A stretch of 64,000 bases of DNA from positions 2,914,001 through 2,978,000 of the forward strand of contig NEEC01000009.1 in NCBI GenBank assembly GCA_002189035.1, in the 5' to 3' direction. Position numbers and translations under genes: made by a program. This document shows positions 38,963 to 49,940 of the stretch, piece by piece (the stretch's first letter is position 1; the number at the start of each line of letters is the position of its first letter). The DNA comes from Utricularia gibba (lineage: Eukaryota; Plantae; Magnoliophyta). Under the pieces are notes generated by a model. It did not search any database. It saw nothing but the letters and a program-made list of their open reading frames with translations, and was not told the origin of the DNA.

Positions 38963-40601
38963 ATGGCGTTCTCTCTGAACAACAGGGTTGTTCTCTTGTC
39001 TCTCTTCCTCTCTCTCATTGTGGCGGTGGTCGCGACGGACGTCGAGACCGACTGTGGTACTTGCCCCAAGTACACGCCGCCTGCAACCACCATTCCCAAG
39101 CTCCCACTTCCGCCTGTAACCGGGATTATTCCCAAAGTTGGAGGTATAATTCCTAAAGTGGGAGTTGGGTATCCTAAGATCGGTGTGGGGCATGGACCGC
39201 TCATTGGCGGTAAGGGTGGCGTGGGAGTTGGAGTAGGAGTGGGAGTCGGCATTCCGAAGATCGGAGTGGGACATACGCCTGTCGTCGGTGGTAAGGGTGG
39301 CGTGGGAGTTGGAGTTGGAGTAGGAGTCGGCACTCCCAAGATTGGAGTGGGATATGGGCCTGTCATCGGCGGTCCAAAGGGCGGCGTGGGAGTGGGAGTT
39401 GGAGTTGGCATTCCGAAGATCGGAGTGGGACATACGCCAGTCATCGGCGGTAAGGGTGGCGTGGGAGTCGGAGTTGGAGTGGGAGTTGGCATTCCCAAGA
39501 TCGGAGTGGGACATGGGCCTCTCATCGTCCAAAGGGTGGCGTGGGAGTTGGAGTTGGAGTAGGAATCGGCACTCCCAAGATTGGAGTGGGATATGGGCCT
39601 GTCATCGGCGGTCCAAAGGGCGGCGTGGGAGTGGGAGTTGGAGTGGGAGTTGGCATTCCGAAGATCGGAGTGGGACATACGCCAGTCATCGGCGGTAAGG
39701 GTGGCGTGGGAGTCGGAGTTGGAGTGGGAGTTGGCATTCCAAGATCGGAGTGGGACATGGGCCTCTCATCGGCGGTCCAAAGGGTGGCGTGGGAGTTGGA
39801 GTTGGAGTAGGAATCGGCACTCCCAAGATTGGAGTGGGATATGGGCCTGTCATCGGCGGTCCAAAGGGCGGCGTGGGAGTGGGAGTTGGAGTGGGAGTTG
39901 GCATTCCGAAGATCGGAGTGGGACATACGCCAGTCATCGGCGGTAAGGGTGGCGTGGGAGTCGGAGTTGGAGTGGGAGTTGGCATTCCCAAGATCGGAGT
40001 GGGACATGGGCCTCTCATCGGCGGTCCAAAGGGTGGCGTGGGAGTCGGCATTGGAGTAGGAATTGGCACTCCCAAGATCGGCGTAGGACTTCCACCAGTC
40101 ACCGGCTCTCCAAAGGGTGGAATCGGAGTTGGAATTGGAGTAGGAATCGGCACTCCCAAGATCGGCGTAGGACTTCCCCCCGTCACCGGCTCTCCAAAGG
40201 GTGGAATCGGAGTTGGAATTGGAGTAGGAATTGGGATTCCCAAGATCGGAGTCGGACTTCCACCGGTCGTCGGCACTCCCGAAATTCCCCTCCCACCTAA
40301 AAGTGCCGCCTGCCCACCCCCGCCCGGGAAGGCCAGCCACGCCACATGCCCCGTCGACACCCTGAAGCTCGGCGCTTGTGTCGACGTCCTCGGTGGGCTG
40401 CTCCACATAGGGCTCGGCGATCCCGCCGTAAACACTTGCTGCCCCGTCATCTCCGGTCTCCTGGACCTCGAGGCCGCCGCCTGCCTCTGCACCTCCCTGA
40501 AAATCAAGGCCTTGAGCCTCAACATCTATCTACCGGTCGCACTGGAGCTCCTCATCACCTGTGGGAAAACTCCTCCTGCAGGCTTCACCTGCACGCTCTA
40601 A
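38963..40601 (+). CDS. Hybrid proline/glycine-rich cell-wall protein: signal peptide, Gly/Val-rich repeats, 8-cysteine (LTP-like) domain; two apparent frameshifts
   Basis: Signal peptide MAFSLNNRVVLLSLFLSLIVAVVA; repeats PKIGVG..P.IGG(P)KGG(VG)n; C-terminal ATCPVDTLKLGACVDVLGG...TCCPVISGLLDLEAAACLCT...LITCGKTPPAGFTC with all 8 Cys. The frame shifts at about 39527 (-4) and 39739 (-1); restoring 5 nt gives 547 aa. Confidence 0.92.
39127..40266 (+). repeat. Coding tandem repeat: ~80-bp monomers organised as a 249-bp higher-order unit (three copies, 39329-40064), with diverged flanking monomers
   Basis: ggcactcccaag starts at 39329, 39568, 39816 and 40065 (spacings 239, 248, 249). Each unit holds three monomer variants (GYGPVI, GHTPVI, GHGPLI). 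Confidence 0.92.
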
Positions 40602-41783
40602 ACCAGTTGAGCACCTGCCATCCATTACCTTTGTGATAAAGATCATGTGTGTTGATGCATTTTGGCCCCCCTTTTTTTGTTGTTTTCTGCAGATTTGTAC
40701 GTAGAAGAAGCAAGAATCCAAATGGGGTTTCAATTTGTGGCTCTCTCATGCATTTGTTCATTAGTCTTCTTCATGTGTTTTTCCCTCTCTTCTTTTAGTG
40801 TGGAACTCATCTGATCATGCATCTCCCTCATTTGTATTGTTTGTTCGGCAAGCAGAAATAAACAAGTTCTCGTTGTTTCATTCAACTCCATCTTCAAATC
40901 TATTACGAATTTGATCATCGAGATCTTTAAACCTCTAATGTTATCATCCCACAAATGTAAGTTTACTGTAATGTATAGTGATTACCATTATCATTCCAAC
41001 AAGATTAGAACACTTCAAATATCAAAATAGAGATGCAACATGGGTTGATCTTCAAACAAAATTTTTAAAGACTTGGTGTGTGAAGGGCATTTTTGACCTT
41101 TGAAGCAAAAAAAATTGCCAAATAATTTATGATAATTTTGCATCACAATCACAATATACTAAAAGAACCCAAATAATATTTAAAAAATTCAAATGATTGA
41201 GCATAATCAGTTTGAATTTTTTAATCAAATAATTGGACAACAAATGAGTACAAACCCCAGAGGAGAAGGATGGGCAAATTACGGTTTTGTCCCGGGGAAA
41301 GCTGGAAAAGGTCAAGGACAGGTACATGTTTGTTGTGACATGTCACATGAAATTTGTCTTTTCACTACTCCAGAGTGTGTGGTGCCCCGGTGCACAACAT
41401 CCACCGTCCATTCGCATGTGCGCTCATCAGTAGAAAAGAACTTGAACCCGGTTTATTATGGGTTTAAATTAGGTTTAATTATTTAGAAAAATAAATATTA
41501 TTATTTTAACAAATGAAAAACAGAATGAACGTGGTTCAAATACCCGTCCAGGTTCAAAGGAAATTGCAGTAAAATAATAATGGTTAATGATTTTATAGTT
41601 ACCTTTAATTATGTAATATTTATTTACATTTATTATTCTCAGGCATTGGCTAATTCGAAGAAGCCTCTGTGGGCTGTGGGCCGGAATTGTCGGCTCAGGC
41701 CCTTTAGCGAGCGGAGTATGGAGTGCGGCCCAACAGTTAACAACGGCGAGCTACTTGGGCTCGACCGGTTCGAACTCAAACCG

Positions 41784-43649
41784 CTACCAAAAATCTTTGC
41801 AGGAACAAACTCCATTGCAGAAATGGTGGAACCTGTGTCTGTCTCTGAGGACTATTTCTCGATCATAAACTTTTGAGATCAGCTTGCTTGCCTCATGACA
41901 ATCTCTGCATACCCTCAAGTTTTTGGTCACGCGGATCGTTTCACCTGCTTTGGTTTTCAATAGTCCATAAGCAATAGCAAGCTTCTCACTGTGATGGTTC
42001 AATGGATTCTCTGTTTCCTCATCGCTGATATAATGTAGCAATTCACTGGAGTCCGGAAGGTATCCGTGGTATCTGATCCGGGAGAGCATTTCTTCCACTT
42101 TTGCATAGATAGCCTGCGCCTCTGGATGAGTTCTTTCGCCTGCAATGAAATCGCTGATCTTACCATTGACTTCGATTGAGGACAAACCGGGTAGCTTCTT
42201 GACACCCCTGTCATTCATCAGCTTCCTGATGTTGGCAACTTCGTCCCATTTACCGGCTTTGGCATACAGATTTGCTAACAAAGTGTAGCGCCCGCTGTTA
42301 AGCGGCTCTAGTTCTATGACTTGCCACCCGATTTCCTCCGCAATGGCGATGTTGCCATGAATCAGGGAAGCTCCAAGGAGAGCACCAAGGACAGTAACAT
42401 CAGTCTTGTTTGGCATTTCTGCGATGACTTGTCTTGCATCCTCCAGCAAGCCAACCCTCCCAAGCAAATCGACCAAACATCCATAATGCTGCATTCCGGG
42501 TTTGATCCCATGAACTCTTGGCATGTAAGAGAAGTAACGCTTCCCTTCTTCAACCAACCCAGAGTGAGCGCATGCAGCAAGAATGTTGAGAAAAGTCACA
42601 TGATCTGGTTTTACTCTGCAGTCTGATTCCATTCTCTTGAGAAGGTCAATGGCAGCCTTGCCTTTACCATGCATAGCAAATCCTCCAATCAAGCAATTCC
42701 AAGAGGAAACACTTTTTGATGGCAGTTCTTCAAAAACCTGCGATGCCTTGTCCAGTCGACCGCATTTACAGTACATGTTAATCACTGCAGTTGCCAACTT
42801 GGGATCCATTTTTATCCTGTGACTCTTGATCTTCTCGTAAATCCACTCTCCTTGTTCTAGGGCACCAACAGCTGAACATGCAGTCAGCATACTCGTTGCA
42901 ACAAAGTTATCCATAACAACGTTTCCTCTATTCATCTCCTCAAACAGATTAAATGCTTGCTGATACCTGTTATTCTGCACGCATGCAGAAATCACAGCAT
43001 TCCATGCTGCTGAGCTTTTCTCAGGCATTGACACGAACAGATAAATGGCATCATCAACGTATCCCTTTTGTGCCAAACCACAGATAATCGTTGTCCAAGA
43101 AACATCATTCCTGTTGGTAAGTTGATCAAACACCTTAAGTGCACCATCCAAGGAACCAAATATCACATACAAATGCATCAAATTATTCTGACAAAATGAA
43201 TCCTGGGCAAACCCAAATTTTATAACGTGTGCATGGACCTGCTTTGCTTTTTCCAGACCACCACAAGCTCGAATTACAGGAGGAAAAGAGAACTTATTCG
43301 GCAACACAAAACTTCCCAGCATCCCTATATACAAAATAATGCATTCATCGTACATCTCTGCTTCAACAAATCCCCTGAACAAGATGTTGTACATAAAAAC
43401 ATCTGGACGGGGCAAAGACTCGAACACCCTGATGGCATAACTGAAATCCCGTTGTGCAGACAGGGCACAAAATTTAACGACACGGCCCATGGCGTCGTTG
43501 TCGAACGAAAGACCGAGCTTTATGATTTGCGCGTGGTTCTGCTTAAGCACCGCCATGGCTGAGCAAGATTCAAGATTCTTATATACAACAGCCCTCGATG
43601 TTGATACGGGCTGGGCATTTGTCCCCGGAGAAAGATTCACCACATACAT
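41784..43649 (-). CDS. PLS-class pentatricopeptide repeat protein with E and DYW domains, intronless; likely organellar RNA-editing factor
   Basis: 621-aa ORF: PLS repeats (DVFMYNILFRGF, DVSWTTII, SWNCLIGGFAMHG, HYGCLVDLLGRVG), PG box KKLPGLSSIEV, HSEKLAIAYGLL, KNLRVCRDCH, RFHHF...CSCKDFW. Confidence 0.97.
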   Translation of the reverse strand: MYVVNLSPGTNAQPVSTSRAVVYKNLESCSAMAVLKQNHAQIIKLGLSFDNDAMGRVVKFCALSAQRDFSYAIRVFESLPRPDVFMYNILFRGFVEAEMYDECIILYIGMLGSFVLPNKFSFPPVIRACGGLEKAKQVHAHVIKFGFAQDSFCQNNLMHLYVIFGSLDGALKVFDQLTNRNDVSWTTIICGLAQKGYVDDAIYLFVSMPEKSSAAWNAVISACVQNNRYQQAFNLFEEMNRGNVVMDNFVATSMLTACSAVGALEQGEWIYEKIKSHRIKMDPKLATAVINMYCKCGRLDKASQVFEELPSKSVSSWNCLIGGFAMHGKGKAAIDLLKRMESDCRVKPDHVTFLNILAACAHSGLVEEGKRYFSYMPRVHGIKPGMQHYGCLVDLLGRVGLLEDARQVIAEMPNKTDVTVLGALLGASLIHGNIAIAEEIGWQVIELEPLNSGRYTLLANLYAKAGKWDEVANIRKLMNDRGVKKLPGLSSIEVNGKISDFIAGERTHPEAQAIYAKVEEMLSRIRYHGYLPDSSELLHYISDEETENPLNHHSEKLAIAYGLLKTKAGETIRVTKNLRVCRDCHEASKLISKVYDREIVLRDRHRFHHFCNGVCSCKDFW

Positions 43650-44590
43650 CGGTGCATCTCAAAAACCCAAAACCCGAACCCTAACACTTAGAAACAATAG
43701 TTCTACATCCCTTCCAAAATCCTTTTGCGATCTCAGTAGTTACACATCTTTTGGATTCGCCGGAAATCTCAGTAAAAACCCGAAAACCGCACTCAGTAGT
43801 CAATTTTTCCGGAAAGTACATTGTTTTCTTGAGGGTGTCAATCCAGAAATCAAGCGCGTTTTCCCGTCATCAAGCAACTCACCCCATGAATTTCAACTGC
43901 AGACACGCCGATCTTAAGTCAAGAATCATAAAACCCGATCCCGAGATTCCAAAGAATGACAACCGAAATCAAAGAGTAGAGTTGTCGCTAACCTGGAGAT
44001 CCCTAACGAGGAACAGAAATCGCTTTTCTCCATCTGCTATCTTCCATCGTCCATCGTCGAGTACGCTCTCCAAGTATCTCCCAGACTCGTCCATCCAAAT
44101 ATGTATAAAAAGGATTTTTAAGTTATTAGGATAAACATGATTAAATAAGTTGAATTTAAATAAAATTAAATATTAATTAATTAATTAATTAACATAATTT
44201 ATAATCTTATGTTAAACCTGCTTAACTCCATAGATTAAATGATGTTTTTAAGCTATAATTTTTAGATTAAAATAAAATAAAATTGACGTCGATATTGCAC
44301 ATGGCTGTATTATATAGTTACCTCATGAAGTTAAAATATGATTGCCTTGGAAAAAAAACATACGCTTTCCTGGTACAATATTCAATCAAGATAGACTGGG
44401 AGATCGATGACGCTGGTATTGCAGCATATTTGCGGCAAGATGGATTTGAGAAAGCAAGGCACCGCGTTCTGCTTCTATCCTTTTCAAGTACAAGAAGAGT
44501 TTTACAACACAATTCAGACACAGCAAGGGCCAGAAAACGAGTGCGAATATGAATTAAAATCACATTCTACCTGTTCACTGTGGGCTGGAA

Positions 44591-46462
44591 TCATACTGAT
44601 GATGAGACTTGGGTCTCTGCAGGAGGACCATCCTTCTTCTTCGTCTGGTCTTGCGATTTTTGTGCAGCAGCCTTGTTTGGTACCAGGATGAGGAAGATGT
44701 TTCGATCCCGGAAATTTTTTGATTCTTCAACAGCCAGCTGAGAGAGCATGGAAACAGGGCGTGGGAGATGAGCAGATGAGGGATTTAACAGTGAGTTCGA
44801 TCTTTTTACCTCTCCAAGATCAGTCTGAAAGCGTCGTAGGAGCTCGATGGCGTTATTCCGAAACTCGTTCTCGCGCCCCTTTAAATTTACAATCACCTTG
44901 ACCTGCATGAGTGTCACACCAATAATCCATGAATTAGAGAAAGAAATTTTTTTTCTCTTGCATTGGTGAGTATCAAGAGAAGAAACCAAGCAACCTTATC
45001 ACCGTCTTTTAAAAACTTCTGTGCCGCTTTCAAACGAACGGAATAATCATGCACATCGATGTTATATCTGCCATGAAATGACAGAAACAGGTTAACATCT
45101 TAGAATTATTAAGCTTTAAAATGTTCAAGAAACTTTTAGTTTTGATCCGCCATGATGACAAAAAGCACAAGAATGCAACCAAGTACTCACCCCATCTTCA
45201 GTTCCTTCAAATCCATTCGAGATGCTATGAATCAACACAAAATAATGATCCTGTAAGATACTATATCCAAGAAAGAAGGATGGAAATGAAAAGTATACAG
45301 ACATGGAACTCACCGGCACTTTTCTTCTGCTGATCTCGCTTCTTCTTTTGCTGCTCGTACTTGTATTTACTGTATAATTCATGAGGCACAAGATTATCAC
45401 ACATGGGATACATTTTAAATATGGAATGGCTTCTGTGATGGTTTAGCCTCCCTGTCTAAAACACGTCCTACTTTTCTAAGCACGAGTCAGGGACTTCTAA
45501 ATACTACAGTGATCCGAATTCTAGTTCAACCAACATGAACTTAAGCAGACAATCTAACGAGTCATAAGAGCGTCATTTAGGCCAGACCTCGGTGATTGAG
45601 AGAAGTAGGAAACTTGTTTCTCAGAAAAAACTCATACCCAAAAATAGTTGTGAGGATTGTTATATCACAACGGATTGAACAATTTCTTGGTCTTGGACAA
45701 CATAAACAAGGACTAAGGAGGTAACCTTACTTGTAATCCATAATTCTAACAACTGGAGGATCCGCATCTGGAGATAATATCACCTATAATAGGTAAACAA
45801 TCCCAAGAGAAAATAAGCTAAGAATCTCAACCTTGACACGAGGGGTTATAAATAAGTCTATCTGGAACAGCATAAATGGGGAATTTGGTGCACGGTATAG
45901 TCTTGCCATAAGCAAAAACATACTGAACAAAATAAAGCATTTTGGGGAACGTGAAAACGAAGAAGAAGAAATGTGATATACCAGGTCAAGCTGTGCCTCC
46001 TCAGCCATTTGAAAGGCCTGAGCTTGTGAAACTATCCCAACCTAAATCATAAAAATCATGAGACACCGCGAGATGTTCCACCCATTCAAAAATTAGAAAT
46101 TTACAACATTCACGGACCATCTTCTGTTGCTGGTCAATGAGTCTCACGGAAGCCGACCTATTTCAAACCCAATAAATCCATAATCAGTGCCGAAAAGATA
46201 AACAGGCGCAAGCCTTATCCGAAAGAACAACTGACGTAATAGAGGAGAAGTCCAGTGCTTCATCATCATCAACAGGCTTGGGCTTCCGAGACGGCGCTCC
46301 TACACTGCCTCCTCCGCCGTAACGGGCGGAGATGGTGGAGGGGACGGTTGTAATCGAAGGGTACCGAAGTGAAAAGATTCTAAAGTGAAATTTCAAAGGT
46401 TTGAGAGGTTTCTCGAGGTGTATTTTATAAGGTTGTTGGAAAGTGGCGGCCAGACCGGCCAT
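44591..46462 (-). CDS. infC: Translation initiation factor IF3, chloroplastic type, about 8 exons
   Basis: Transit-peptide-like MAGLAATFQQPYKIHL..., SASVRLIDQQQKM / VGIVSQAQAFQMAEEAQLDL / ILSPDADPPVVRIMDY / KYKYEQQKKKRDQQKKSA / SRMDLKELKMG / YNIDVHDYSVRLKAAQKFLKDGDK / VKVIVNLKGRENEFR. Confidence 0.93.
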
Positions 46463-46740
46463 TGCTGCCGCGGAAGAGGTGCGCTGCGGGCACCGGCGGG
46501 AGACGGAATTTCAAGGCCAACAGATCGCGCTCATCCCCTTATCCATAGAATTTTGAAGCGTAATTTCTTCTTTTCTTTTTTTTTTTTTAAGAAAATTCGC
46601 ATGATTATTATTAAAAAACTAATTTTGAATTATAATTTGAGTAAAACTAATTATATACACACGTGGAAATTCATATTACAAAAGCATTAAATAGCAATAT
46701 TGTGTAACCGTAATATTAAATAGTCGATGGGAGGTAAATG

Positions 46741-47276
46741 TCAATATGGTCTCTCCCCGACGTAATTCCCGGGAGGGTAATAATTACACGTAATGAACAC
46801 ATCGCCGCCGTCGCAAACCACCCTCGCGCACCCGATCCTCTGCGTCGTCTTCCACACGATCTGCGTGTAGTGCCCGCACTCCTGCCCTTGGACGCAGCTA
46901 TTGTACGCGTAATTGTAGTACCTCTCCTCCTCCGCCCACGCCGCCACCGCGTCCGCGGGAGTCCAGGCGGAGCCGCCGCCCCAGAAGATATTCTCCCCCA
47001 AAGTGAACTCCCCGTCCCGAAAGGAATGGATCAGGTTGCAGTCGTGGCGCCGCTGCGAAGCCCACCATTCGGCGTACCTCTGGAGACGGGAGTCCCAGGA
47101 GAGCGGCTGCTCCGACTTCCGCGCCCGGACGAGATTGTGGGCGTACACGAACTGCTCCCAGGTCCCCATGCACTCCCAGCACACTCCCCCCATCTGCGGC
47201 TGCACCCCGACGCCCCACCCCGCCGCGCCGGCCGTTGAAGCCGCCAGAAGAAGCAGAGTGATGATGGGGGTCTCAT
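46741..47276 (-). CDS. Pathogenesis-related protein 1-like (CAP/SCP domain), intronless; start region has an apparent 1-nt frameshift
   Basis: FVYAHNLVRAR...LSWDSRLQRYAEWWA...DCNLIHS...LGENIFWGGG..WTPADAVAAWAEE..Y...CGHYTQIVWKTTQRIGCARVVC..G..FITCNYYPPGNYVGERPY. The start is either ATG 47276 (with one base restored) or in-frame ATG 47382. Confidence 0.93.
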
Positions 47277-48191
47277 TCAGGAACAGAAAATAGTATTCTT
47301 TCCCGGAGTTCAGTTGCAGATGATGTGAGGCTGAGGCAGGGAGGGAGGGGGGCCTGGCTGCCCCTTCTACGCTCCCAAGCATTTAAACACACAACCATCT
47401 GGATCTATGCCCTTCTTTTTCCACTGATAAATTCTACCACATTCTGCATCCCAATAATGATCATGTGGCGAATATCCTAACGAAAATTAAAAACAAATAG
47501 ATAAATAAATAAGATCATTTCTCATCCGAAGTAGTGAATAATTGTTCTCCTTCACGGAAACCTAGGGTTCGTGATATGAACAGAAGGGTTGTAGCGTAAT
47601 TTTGCAAGAAATGGGGGACTGAAAGTCTCACGTGGTGAGTAAGGGCTTATCCGTAAATTTAATAAATAACGGCGCTTAAAGGAATTGACGAGATGGGAAA
47701 GGCGCATGTTACCTGGGCCCACACAACCAATCAATGTCCGGAGCCACTACATATTCTTTTATTCCCGCACCAACCGTGGCCGCTAATTCTGTTGAACAAG
47801 AAATTCGAGGAATTAAATTAAAAAACAAAAATTATTACAAGATAAATCATCCTATTTTTTATTTATTTTTACTGCACTTTGCACGAACCCTTACCAGTTG
47901 CAAAACTATGTATTGAAATGAACATAAATAGATAATTATCGTATTTATGTTGCGATGACATGTAAAATTTAAATAAATAAAAAAAATTAAATCACTTTCA
48001 AAAGATTAAATTCAATTTATTATTAATAATTTTATAATTTATTATATATTTAATTATTTTAATTTTAAACTCAGTTATTTATTCTAATAATTATTATTAT
48101 ATATTATCTATATGTAAAAATTTTCAATTTTCATTCAAAAAAGTTTTGGAACATAAAATGGGAAAATTGACACAAGAGACACCGTGCCGCG

Positions 48192-49508
48192 CTATTCAAG
48201 TGAGTAACAAACGTTTTTGAAGATCTTCATGTCGTCACTTAGTAGTGGAACAAAAACTTCGACGCCTCCATCTCCTGCGAACGACGGCATGAGGTATACA
48301 TCGCCCTCCATCGGAGAAAAGCACGGCGAGAAGGCGTACGGTGCTCCGAACCCGAAATCGAGATCATTGAACGGCAGCCGCAGCCAGCTGGCGGTGTCCA
48401 TGTCGGGGCAAAGTATCATCCTATCGGTTTCACACCCGATGGTCGGAATAAGGTCCTCCGCCTTGGCGCGGTGGTGCGCGAAATCGATGAACGATTTGAT
48501 GTACTTGTCGTCCACCGACATAACCGCATTGTGCAAGAGCTTTGCAGCATACCCTAGAGGCTCATATAAGAGTTCATCAACTCTCGCAGTAGCATAAGCC
48601 CACAAGACCAAATTGCCTAGATAACAGTTAGGGACTTTAAGGTTTTTTATACGGTTGCGGCAGTCGACGGAGATTCTAACGCGGGTGATTTCCGAGCAGT
48701 CCAGACGGCGAGCCTTGGTGATCGCCCGCCACAGATGAGCGATTACCGCTTCGAAGGTGGTGAATGGCTTACTGCTGGTGGTCATTGAACTGGCTTTGGA
48801 TTTGATCCTGGAGATGAAGTCTGCAGTGAAAAGAAACTTCTCGGCTTTAATGTCCTTGACGCGATCATCCCCTGGGGAATCGAAGATGTTCTTCATGTTC
48901 TTGGGCAAGAACTCCATCCCCTTGTGATCAAACTCGAATACAGGAGGATCACGAGGGGTAAATATGGTGCGATCACGAAACGGTAACACTGAAATCTGGA
49001 GATTTCGACATAGTCTACTCCATGCAACGAGAAAACCGCTCGTTGCATTTGCGTCCGCCACCATGTGGTGGGAGGTGAAGGCCAACGCCATCGACCCACA
49101 CGAGAATCTCGTTATCTGAACTTGAGCGAGCTCCTCTATGCCATTGAGAGGAGGGTGGAGGCTCTTCACTGCCGGCTCTGACGGCATGAAGGAAAACGTC
49201 TCATCGAGAACCCGATCGGCGAACGCCTCTACGAATCGAACTCCAGCATCATTGCACAGTATCACCATCTCCCCAGTGTCGTCCGTACCCATCCGGCCCG
49301 CCATTTCTGGGTACAGGGCCAGGACCTTCCTCAGCCCCAATTCTATCCCGGCGATCGGTGGAGCCGGAGGACGGAAAGCGTAGACAACCGCGACGTGCAT
49401 TTCCCAGGTTACCTTGTCGAAGACAGAGAGAGGGATGACGTCGAACGGAGGCGGAGCGCTGCCATAGAAAGGCTTTACTAGCTTCGAGCTTTGGATTGTC
49501 ACCTTCAT
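48192..49508 (-). CDS. BAHD acyltransferase, agmatine/putrescine hydroxycinnamoyltransferase-like, intronless
   Basis: MKVTIQSSKLVKPFY..PLSVFDKVT..AVVYAFRPP..IELGLRKVL..YPEMAGR; catalytic HXXXD = HMVAD; DFGWG variant DFGFG; YLGNLVLWA. The N-terminus resembles the amine N-hydroxycinnamoyltransferase clade as I recall it; the substrate is not established. Confidence 0.9.
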   Translation of the reverse strand: MKVTIQSSKLVKPFYGSAPPPFDVIPLSVFDKVTWEMHVAVVYAFRPPAPPIAGIELGLRKVLALYPEMAGRMGTDDTGEMVILCNDAGVRFVEAFADRVLDETFSFMPSEPAVKSLHPPLNGIEELAQVQITRFSCGSMALAFTSHHMVADANATSGFLVAWSRLCRNLQISVLPFRDRTIFTPRDPPVFEFDHKGMEFLPKNMKNIFDSPGDDRVKDIKAEKFLFTADFISRIKSKASSMTTSSKPFTTFEAVIAHLWRAITKARRLDCSEITRVRISVDCRNRIKNLKVPNCYLGNLVLWAYATARVDELLYEPLGYAAKLLHNAVMSVDDKYIKSFIDFAHHRAKAEDLIPTIGCETDRMILCPDMDTASWLRLPFNDLDFGFGAPYAFSPCFSPMEGDVYLMPSFAGDGGVEVFVPLLSDDMKIFKNVCYSLE

Positions 49509-49561
49509 GGCTGCAGGAGATTCGTTTCGTCGATGGCGAGCTCCTGCTCCTCCGGGGAATA

Positions 49562-49569
49562 TATTTATA
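49562..49569 (-). promoter_or_regulatory. Probable TATA box of the BAHD gene
   Basis: TATAAATA on the minus strand about 55 nt upstream of ATG 49508. Confidence 0.55.
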
Positions 49570-49940
49570 ATAATGACAATAATAAAAAAATAAATAAACA
49601 TTCGGCAGTTGCCATTTTCTTTTTTCAAACGTTGTCGGTTCACATCCAAGCCGACATAGTTGGTAGTGGTGGCACCTAAAGCGTCATTGTTAACTTACGA
49701 TTTTTAGTATTATTTTATATAAAATATACTAATTAATTAAAAATTATTTATTCTAGTAATTCTTATTTATTATGAAGAATATTGTGGTATTCACTACAAA
49801 ATTATCTTATTACCATTTGTTGAATAAATGTAGGATTCATACAATAGCATGTTAAGTATAAATCATTATTAATATGATTTAAAAAAATATAGTTTTTATA
49901 AAAAACATTAAATAGAAAAATTAAATACGAGGCATTTTCC

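Noticed and set aside
38911-40525. Long minus-strand ORFs encoding Pro-Thr repeats (extensin/AGP-like) and other-frame W-E or H-S-N repeats
   Set aside because: They are shadows of the Gly-Val coding repeat. The signal peptide, TATA box and 8CM domain are all on the plus strand.
41334-41347. 14-bp perfect palindrome tgtgacatgtcaca
   Set aside because: A single short palindrome between convergent genes; no functional context and plausible by chance in 64 kb.
41510-41785. GGTTCAAAT and GGTTCGAAC B-box-like motifs suggesting a tRNA
   Set aside because: No A-box at the right distance and no cloverleaf could be folded.
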